A DNA stretch of 64,000 nt, from contig JBAQAF010000013.1 in the NCBI GenBank assembly GCA_049285595.1, forward strand, positions 61,200 through 125,199, given 5' to 3'. This DNA comes from Thermoplasmata archaeon (lineage in GTDB: Archaea > Thermoplasmatota > Thermoplasmata > Lutacidiplasmatales > UBA184). The notes beneath the pieces were generated by a model that saw nothing but the letters and a program-made list of their open reading frames with translations, had not been told where the DNA came from and ran no database searches. Below, piece by piece: positions 57,936 through 64,000 of this stretch (the stretch's first letter is position 1; every line of letters begins with the position of its first letter). A program made the translations under genes and the position numbers.

Positions 57936-58648
57936 AGCCCCCGGCTCACTTCCCCGGGCAGGTCGACCGAGATCGCCCCAGCGAGCCCGCGAGCCAGCTC
58001 GGGTCCGGGATGGTTCACACCGAGTTCGCGCAGACCGGCGAGGCGCTCGCTCGGGCTGGGCGCGGCGAAGGCGAAGTACCGGTCGATCGCCGCGCGGTCG
58101 ATCGGATCGACCGAAACGGTGCCGTGGTGGAGTAACGCGCCGCGGACGGCGTGCTGGGCAGCGCCGCCCACGATCCGCCCCTCGACGGTGAGCACCATCC
58201 CGCGATTGCTGAGCGTGCAATACTCGGAGGCGAGCCCGGGCGCGGGACTCCAGCGGGCGGCGAGCCCGAGAGCACCGAGCCACCGGACCACCCCTTGGCC
58301 CAACCGCTCGTAGGCCCGCGGAAAGTCCTTCCCGACGAGCGGATCGTCCCGCCGGCGCACGACGCTCCAGGCGAGATCGCCCGGTGCGTGGAGCAGTCCC
58401 GTGCCGCCCGTCTGGCGCGCTATCCCTGGGATCCCATCGAGCGCGGCGCGCCGCAGGTAGGGGGCGCGGGCGTCGATCGCGACCCCCACGGAGAGGCACC
58501 GCTCCCGAAGGAGCGCGACTCGTGCGCCCGGCCCGCCCTGGCGGAGCAGCTTCTCATCTCCGCGGGCGAAATCCCCGGCCCCCGCGTCCAACGTGATTTC
58601 GGGAGCCACCGTGAGCGGTCCGGACAAGTCCCGCTCCTTCGCGCCCAC
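57932..58648 (-). CDS. Lipoate-protein ligase A-family (BPL/LPL catalytic domain) protein
   Basis: ARQTGGTGLLHAPGDLAWSVV aligns with the RRxTGGGAVYHDxGDLNFSVV motif, and VEGRIVGGAAQH...LLHHGTV follows. Start set at GTG about 58648 to avoid overlap with the divergent gene. The track ORF runs to 58858. Confidence 0.7.
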   Translation of the reverse strand: MGAKERDLSGPLTVAPEITLDAGAGDFARGDEKLLRQGGPGARVALLRERCLSVGVAIDARAPYLRRAALDGIPGIARQTGGTGLLHAPGDLAWSVVRRRDDPLVGKDFPRAYERLGQGVVRWLGALGLAARWSPAPGLASEYCTLSNRGMVLTVEGRIVGGAAQHAVRGALLHHGTVSVDPIDRAAIDRYFAFAAPSPSERLAGLRELGVNHPGPELARGLAGAISVDLPGEVSRGL

Positions 58649-58717
58649 GTTCCCGAGGAACGAGTCCGAGGGCGACGGCTCGCTCAACGATAAGAGGTCG
58701 CCGACGCTCGCGCGCGC

Positions 58718-59269
58718 ATGGCCGAACTCAGCAGCTATCAGCTCCGGCCCGGCGATGCGGCGCCGGAGTTCGCCCTGCCGGGGACCGACGGGGTCACCCA
58801 TCGACTGTCGGAGTATTCGGAGAAACCCTTGCTCCTCGTCGTCTTTTGGTGCAACCACTGCCCGTACGTACAGGCGTGGGAGTCCCGGATGGTCGAGATC
58901 GGCCGGAAGTACGGCCCGAAGGGCGTCGCGACGGTGTTGATCAATTCCAACGACGCCGACGCGTATCCGGACGACAGCGCCGAGTCCATGGTCCGGCGCG
59001 CCCAGGAGAAGGGGTACCCGTTCCCCTACCTACGCGACGAGTCGCAGGCGGTCGCGCACGCCTACGGCGCCCTCGTGACACCCCACCCGATGCTGTTCGG
59101 GAAGGACCGCCGACTGATCTTCCAGGGACGGATCGACGACGACCACCAGCATCCCGAGCGGGTCCGTCACCGGTACCTCGAAACCGCGATCGATCAGGCG
59201 CTGGCGGGTGCGAGCGTTGCACCGGCCGAACTACCGGTCGCGGGCTGCACGGTCAAGTGGAAGGGCTGA
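58718..59269 (+). CDS. Thioredoxin-fold thiol-disulfide oxidoreductase (AhpC/TSA-TlpA-like)
   Basis: AAPEFALPGTDG...LLLVVFWCNHCPYV...YPFPYLRDESQAVAHAYGA..TPH. GATAAG box 24 nt upstream of the ATG. Confidence 0.85.
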   Translation: MAELSSYQLRPGDAAPEFALPGTDGVTHRLSEYSEKPLLLVVFWCNHCPYVQAWESRMVEIGRKYGPKGVATVLINSNDADAYPDDSAESMVRRAQEKGYPFPYLRDESQAVAHAYGALVTPHPMLFGKDRRLIFQGRIDDDHQHPERVRHRYLETAIDQALAGASVAPAELPVAGCTVKWKG

Positions 59270-60268
59270 GCCGGGCTCGCGGCCCTTGCGCCGGCCCGCC
59301 GAGCGTCGCGCCCGGAGGTCGGACTCCCGCCGCTCGAACGCCGCCTTGAGCTCGGGGGCGACGGGCGAGCCGGCCTGGTCGCGCCGGGCGGCGATCGCCA
59401 CCTTGCCCGCCAGCGCCCGAGCGAGCTTGCCGCGGTCGGTTCGCGGCGCCGACTGGATCTGGGGATGCATGAACAGGAGGCCGTGGCGCGGCGGCGGCGC
59501 CCGGCCCCGGAGGTGCTCGAAGAACGCCCGCTCGGCTCCGAGCACCTGGACGGTGCCGGCGGGAAGGCGAGCGAGGCGGTCGAGGCCCCCTGCCTGCGCG
59601 AGCATTAGGCCCGTGAGCTCCGGGCCGAGCATTGCGTGAAGGTTCGGCGTGTGGACGGGAACGGAGGCGGCGACCGCCGCTTCCAGGACGTCCCGGGTCG
59701 CGCGGATCGTTCCGTACAGCTCCGCGAGCCGCTGACGAGCCTCCCGTAAGCGGGGGTCGTCCGGCCCGAGCGACGGGTCGACGGGAGGTTCGAGCGCGGC
59801 CCGGGCCGCCTTCGCAGGATCCGACGCGTCGACGTCGGGAGTATCCCGCCCGACCCAGCTCGCGATCCGTTCCCCGATAAGGTTCCCCGCCCGGTCGAGG
59901 TCGCGCACGGCCCGAACGGCTTCCTCCACGTGGATCGAGGGGTCCCAGGACGCTTCGAGCGCCTCCTCTGCGGCTCCCAGCAGGAACTCCCGCTGCAAGA
60001 CGGCGTCCGGCTCGCCCGCTACCGTCGCCGGGGCGTCGTCCGAGTAGGAGATGCCCGGCCCGACGAGCCGCCGGTCGCGGGTGACCCACGATTCGGTCCC
60101 CCGCTCACGAAGGAGCGAATCCTCTTCCGGGGTCGTCCGGCCCCCGGCACGGAGGCGGGCGCGCTGCCGAAGATCCTCTACGGCCCGGGGGGTAGGGATT
60201 CGACGCAGAACCGTTCCGGCGTCTGTAAGGAAGCAGCCGTACCACGTCGTCACGATCGCCCGCGTCAT
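59231..60268 (-). CDS. nop5: C/D box sRNP core protein Nop5 (Nop56/58 homologue)
   Basis: C-terminal NOSIC/Nop domain NLHAMLGPELTGLMLAQAGGLDRLARLPAGTVQVLGAERAFFEHL...PRHGLLFMHPQI...RGKLARALAGKVAIAARRD. Start at ATG 60268 inside track ORF 59231..60781. Confidence 0.85.
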   Translation of the reverse strand: MTRAIVTTWYGCFLTDAGTVLRRIPTPRAVEDLRQRARLRAGGRTTPEEDSLLRERGTESWVTRDRRLVGPGISYSDDAPATVAGEPDAVLQREFLLGAAEEALEASWDPSIHVEEAVRAVRDLDRAGNLIGERIASWVGRDTPDVDASDPAKAARAALEPPVDPSLGPDDPRLREARQRLAELYGTIRATRDVLEAAVAASVPVHTPNLHAMLGPELTGLMLAQAGGLDRLARLPAGTVQVLGAERAFFEHLRGRAPPPRHGLLFMHPQIQSAPRTDRGKLARALAGKVAIAARRDQAGSPVAPELKAAFERRESDLRARRSAGRRKGREPGSALPLDRAARDR

Positions 60269-60276
60269 CGTCCGAT

Positions 60277-61005
60277 CTACTCCATCCGGATGCCGCCGTT
60301 CACATGCAGGGTCGTGCCCGTAAGATAGCTCGCCCGCCCCGAGACGAGGAAGGAGATCGCCTCGGCGACCTCCTCCGGTCGACCGATCCGCCCGAGCGGG
60401 ATGCGCGACGTGCGGTCGGAGCGTTGCCCCGGAGAATCGCCCGAAAGGATCGCCGTCTCGATAGCGCCCGGGGCGACGACGTTCACGCGCACCCGGGGGG
60501 CGAGCTCGCGGGCGAGCGAGCGGGCGAGCCCGAGGGAGGCGGCCTTCGCTGAGGCGTAGTGGGCGCCGTGCCGGGACCCTTCGAACGCGAGAACGCTCGA
60601 GACGAACACGATCCCCCCCGCCGGCGTCGCTTCCAGCAGGGGGAGCAGCTGGCGAACGAGCTCGGCGGGTCCGAAGACGTGGACCCGGAAGCACGCCTCG
60701 AAGTCGTCCGGGTCGATCTCGCGGAACGGCTGACGCGGATAACTTCCGGCGTTGAGCACGAGCGCATCGAGGGAACGCCACCGGGTCCGGATCGCCCGGG
60801 CCAGGCGATGGATCCCCTCGCGGGTGCCGAGGTCCGCTCCCACGGCGAACGCCGACCCGCCGGACTTCTCGATCTCCTCCACGAGACGTTCGGCGTCGTC
60901 CTCGTGGGAACGATAGTGGACAGCGACCTCGAATCCGTCGCTCGCGAGCCGGAGCGCCGTCGACCGTCCGATCCCCCGGGACGCCCCGGTGACGAGCGCT
61001 CGCAC
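60277..61005 (-). CDS. Short-chain dehydrogenase/reductase (FabG-like)
   Basis: VRALVTGASRGIGRS...NAG...YASAKAA...PGAIET. GTG start at 61005. Confidence 0.88.
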   Translation of the reverse strand: MRALVTGASRGIGRSTALRLASDGFEVAVHYRSHEDDAERLVEEIEKSGGSAFAVGADLGTREGIHRLARAIRTRWRSLDALVLNAGSYPRQPFREIDPDDFEACFRVHVFGPAELVRQLLPLLEATPAGGIVFVSSVLAFEGSRHGAHYASAKAASLGLARSLARELAPRVRVNVVAPGAIETAILSGDSPGQRSDRTSRIPLGRIGRPEEVAEAISFLVSGRASYLTGTTLHVNGGIRME

Positions 61006-61057
61006 GGGTCGCCGAGAACGCCGGAGATTAATACGGCGGCCCGACTCGGCGGCACCG

Positions 61058-61948
61058 ATGCCCGAGAATGCGACGGGGGAGCTGGTCCGGCACGAGCGCC
61101 GCGGGCGCACGATCCTGTTGACGCTCGACCACCCGCCTGTCAATGTGCTCTCTCGTCCCGTGCTCGACCGGCTGCTGGAACGGATCGAATCCGTCGAGTC
61201 CGATCCCCAGGCCCGGGTCGTCGTGCTGGCGAGCGCGGCCGAGAAGGCGTTCGCTGCCGGCGCCGATATCCGGGAGATGGAGGCGATGGGGCCGGAAGAG
61301 GCCCGGATCCACGGGGCCCGGGGTCAGGAGGTCACGCGGTCGATCGAGCGGCTGCCGCTCCCCGTGATCGCGGCGGTTCACGGCGTCTGCTTCGGCGGAG
61401 GGTGCGAGATTGCGTTGGCCTGCGACTTCATCCTCGCGAGCGAGGACGCCCGCTTCGGGCAACCCGAGATCAATCTCGGGGTGATGCCGGGATGGGGCGG
61501 CACTCGCCGTCTCCCCCGCCGCATCGGAGCCGCGCGCGCGCGACATTGGATCCTCACGGGGGAGGCGGTTCCCGCAGCCCAAGCGGCGGCGGAGGGGCTT
61601 CTCGATCGGGTGGTTCCGAGAGCAGAACTTCTCCCGGCGGCCCTTGTGCTGGCGGAACAACTCGCCTCCAAGGCCCCGGTGGCCCTGGCGGCCGCCAAGT
61701 ATGCGCTCGCTCGCGCGATCGACCCCGCGATCGAGGAAGGGCTCGCCTACGAGCTCGACCTGTGGGCCCGTCTGTTCGGAACCGACGGCCAGAAGGCGGG
61801 GATGCAAGCGTTCCTCGCCAAGAGGCCGCTCGTCGCGGGGGACCGGGCAGACTGGCTACGAGAGTCCGCCGGTTTCCCTTGGGCCAAGTCGGAGCCTGCT
61901 CCGGGCGGGGGAAAGCGCGATAAGCCTTCGGGACCGAAGTCCTCCTGA
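61058..61948 (+). CDS. Enoyl-CoA hydratase/isomerase (crotonase) family protein with ~45-aa C-terminal extension
   Basis: FAAGADIREM...AAVHGVCFGGGCEIALACD...FGQPEINLGVMPGWGGTRRL. ATG 61058. The stop lies 1 nt before tRNA-Thr. Confidence 0.88.
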   Translation: MPENATGELVRHERRGRTILLTLDHPPVNVLSRPVLDRLLERIESVESDPQARVVVLASAAEKAFAAGADIREMEAMGPEEARIHGARGQEVTRSIERLPLPVIAAVHGVCFGGGCEIALACDFILASEDARFGQPEINLGVMPGWGGTRRLPRRIGAARARHWILTGEAVPAAQAAAEGLLDRVVPRAELLPAALVLAEQLASKAPVALAAAKYALARAIDPAIEEGLAYELDLWARLFGTDGQKAGMQAFLAKRPLVAGDRADWLRESAGFPWAKSEPAPGGGKRDKPSGPKSS

Positions 61949-61949
61949 C

Positions 61950-62022
61950 GCCGCGGTGGCTCAGCTGGCAGAGCGGCTCCTTGGTAAGGAGCAGGCCGAG
62001 GGTTCAAATCCCTCCCGCGGCT
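61950..62022 (+). tRNA. tRNA-Thr (anticodon GGT)
   Basis: GCCGCGG-TG-GCTC-AGCTGGCA-GAGC-G-GCTCC-TTGGTAA-GGAGC-AGGCC-GAGGG-TTCAAAT-CCCTC-CCGCGGC-T, hand-folded. Confidence 0.9.
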
Positions 62023-62261
62023 GCTCGGACTGCCGGGCGGTGACGCCCGGGACTAACAGGCGGCTTCGGAGACGCCGCGAACGGGCCCAGGAAGGGGCGA
62101 TAGAAAACTCCCGAGATACAACTCGTTCGACGATCCTGACGCCGAACTCATGGCCCAAGACAACCTACCCCCTCTTGGCAGGAGAGCCTGCCTGAGTCAT
62201 CACGGTTAGTCGCAGGCCGGAGCGTCGGTATGCTCTTGCGTGTGGGCACCATTCCGGAAAT

Positions 62262-62558
62262 GTGCTGACACTCCGTAGCTTGCAGATCATCAGCGGGGGG
62301 CCGTCCCTAATCGGCCCAGCTCTCCTCCTGTGGAGGCTCGAACGGAGAAATCCCCAGACTCTCGCATTCTCGCCTCGCGTGGCGCAGTGGGCACTTCCAA
62401 CGACTTTGATCGGTATTCTGGTCCTTGCGAGCATTTCCATCTTCATCCCGCCCCCATGGGGGGCTGAGAATCGAAGTTTTCCACTTCTCGCACTCGCTTG
62501 GGCAGGGCTTGTCACCGGCGTCCTTCTATGGTTGCGGACTCATCGAAGCAGTGGCTGA
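62262..62558 (+). CDS. Hypothetical small membrane protein
   Basis: 98 aa with three hydrophobic segments. Lies in the A+T-richer stretch after tRNA-Thr. No recognisable family. Confidence 0.4.
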   Translation: MLTLRSLQIISGGPSLIGPALLLWRLERRNPQTLAFSPRVAQWALPTTLIGILVLASISIFIPPPWGAENRSFPLLALAWAGLVTGVLLWLRTHRSSG

Positions 62559-62694
62559 TATTGGCGACGGGCTCAGCTCGCGGGGCTATTCGCGTATCTC
62601 AGCCGTCTTCTGGGTTCGGGGGGCAATTTCTAGACCTCACAGAAAGAGCCGGTTGGGAGCTAACTTAATCTTCGATGACCCCGTAAGATGAGTG

Positions 62695-63315
62695 ATGACG
62701 GCGGGAGGTGACTCCCCACCGACTACTGCTTCTCCCGGCCCGCCCCCACATCGGAGACCTGGCCTCCCCCTTCTGGCGGTGACATCTGTAGTGGCCGGGG
62801 TCCTGTTACTCGGAGCAGTTCTCTATCTAGACGGGACGCTTTTTTTTCCGGAACGGCAGAACCCGAGGATCCCTCCCGCCGGCACGAAGGATCTTTACAA
62901 TATCGTAAGTGTGTTTGTTTCGTTTACCGGGAGCGCGTCCAGTGACTTCGTAGCGAATCAGTTGAAATGTGCGCCCGGCAATCCACCCTCGTGCGGGCAC
63001 GGTTTTGCCGAAGCTTCAGGGATTTTCATTCCGTTCGTGGTTACCCTGTCTTCAGCTCATTCCTGCGCAAACCTCAGCACGTATCAGGTCAACGAAGTCG
63101 CGTCAAGCCCGTTAGGCGCGTTCGTCGTGACGAACATCTCTACTAATGACAGCGCCCCGGAGCCAAACCCGGGCTTTCTGCCATTACCGGCCTTCGTCCC
63201 TTGGGGTAACTCGACAGACTGTAACACGAACGTCCAGCTTTTCGTGACGTTAATGGTTGTGCCCCAGGGCCCCATAGATCAGACCTTGTTCCTCACGGTT
63301 TACGTGAGCTACTGA
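62695..63315 (+). CDS. Hypothetical N-terminally anchored extracellular protein
   Basis: Pro-rich N-terminus, TM LLAVTSVVAGVLLLGAVLYL, then a Cys-containing domain with NxS/T sequons (NLST, NIST, NDSA, NSTD). No recognisable family. Confidence 0.5.
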   Translation: MTAGGDSPPTTASPGPPPHRRPGLPLLAVTSVVAGVLLLGAVLYLDGTLFFPERQNPRIPPAGTKDLYNIVSVFVSFTGSASSDFVANQLKCAPGNPPSCGHGFAEASGIFIPFVVTLSSAHSCANLSTYQVNEVASSPLGAFVVTNISTNDSAPEPNPGFLPLPAFVPWGNSTDCNTNVQLFVTLMVVPQGPIDQTLFLTVYVSY

Positions 63316-63388
63316 CACCGGACGAAATAGGTTAACACTCTCCGAGAGAGACTCACCCTGAACCTCCTGAGTGACCTCCGTCAGTCGG

Positions 63389-63901
63389 TCAATCGTAGAG
63401 GTGGCTGGCGGCGACGAACGAGCGGATCAGCGCGGGTCGCACGCGCATCCGCTTGACCGAGAGCCGAACCCCTCGCCGGAGCTCGCGCACATCGTGAGGG
63501 GCGTAGCTCGCGAGCTCGTGCTTCTTCAGGTGGCCCCAAACCCACTCATCGGGGTTCAATTCGGGCGAGTAGCCCGGGAACCGATGAACCTCGAGCCGAT
63601 GCTGGGTGGCCAGAAACGCCTGAACGAGGTTCGATCGGTGGTGGGGTCCGCTGTCCCAGAAGACCATGATCGGTCGTCGGCGAATGTGCCGAAGGAGGTG
63701 ACGGAGGAACGCCACCACTTGGGGTCCGCGAATCGTCCCAGCGCGGACCCGGAAGTAGAGTCGACCCCGTGGAGTCACGCCACTGATCGCCGAGAACTTC
63801 GGCCAGCGGCCCTGGTGGATCAGCACGGGGGTCTGGCCGACAGGAGCCCACGTCTTCGCGACGTACGGGATCAGCGAGAACCCGCTCTCGTCGACAAACA
63901 C
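63389..63901 (-). CDS. IS630/Tc1-mariner-family transposase, DDE catalytic part (downstream frame)
   Basis: VFVDESGF...VFWDSGPHHRS...PGYSPELNPDEWVWGHLK (the DD..E triad context). Confidence 0.85.
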   Translation of the reverse strand: MFVDESGFSLIPYVAKTWAPVGQTPVLIHQGRWPKFSAISGVTPRGRLYFRVRAGTIRGPQVVAFLRHLLRHIRRRPIMVFWDSGPHHRSNLVQAFLATQHRLEVHRFPGYSPELNPDEWVWGHLKKHELASYAPHDVRELRRGVRLSVKRMRVRPALIRSFVAASHLYD

Positions 63902-63925
63902 TACGACGGCCCTTCGCCGTCGGGC

Positions 63926-63933
63926 TTTTTTTT
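63926..63933 (-). promoter_or_regulatory. A8 slippery run joining the two transposase frames (-1 frameshift or transcriptional slippage site)
   Basis: Minus strand TAT AAA AAA AAG CCC. The upstream frame stops 8 codons later (PDGEGPS*). The -1 frame continues KKARRRRAVVVFVDESGF and is closed by TAA immediately 5' of the run. Confidence 0.6.
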
Positions 63934-64000
63934 ATAACGTGGCCACGAGTGCCGCCGCCAGTTCCTCACCTCGGCGAGGTTCTTCTCGCGCGCCTGACGT

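Larger units (their letters stand above)
63389..64000 (-). mobile_element. IS630-family insertion sequence, truncated by the window edge (the low-coordinate boundary, between about 63320 and 63389, is not determined)
   Basis: The upstream frame reads RQAREKNLAEVRNWRRHSWPRYKKK and meets the DDE frame at an A8 run. The terminal inverted repeat cannot be defined without the other end. Confidence 0.75.

Overview
High-G+C (about two-thirds by eye), gene-dense chromosomal segment from an archaeon. Archaeal markers present: NAC, Nop5, Dph2, a PAC2 proteasome-assembly chaperone and a thermopsin-type surface protein. A class II HMG-CoA reductase plus GyrB suggest a Thermoplasmatota-like lineage (inference). 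I support about 65 protein genes and 3 tRNAs (Cys-GCA, Val-CAC, Thr-GGT). I see no rRNA and no CRISPR array. Core content: metG, purA, gyrB, grpE-hmgA-pdxT, dph2, nop5, the sulfate-activation pair sat-cysC with a second cysC, pstS-pstCA-pstB, a DtxR-regulated metal ABC importer, an ABC-2 exporter, two GT4 glycosyltransferases and a 1,522-aa heavily sequon-decorated thermopsin/beta-helix surface protein. Main unexplained structure: the tRNA-Cys locus is reiterated (one intact gene plus three decayed ~170-nt copies in direct orientation). These copies split 3.2-9.6 kb into three cassettes of accessory-type genes, with no integrase present. The window ends in an A+T-richer island downstream of tRNA-Thr that carries an IS630-type transposase with an A8 frameshift site. 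Many very long Arg/Pro/Gly-rich ORFs in the track are shadow ORFs typical of high-GC DNA and were rejected. Coordinates I derived by hand (alternative starts, repeats, boxes) may be off by 1-2 nt.
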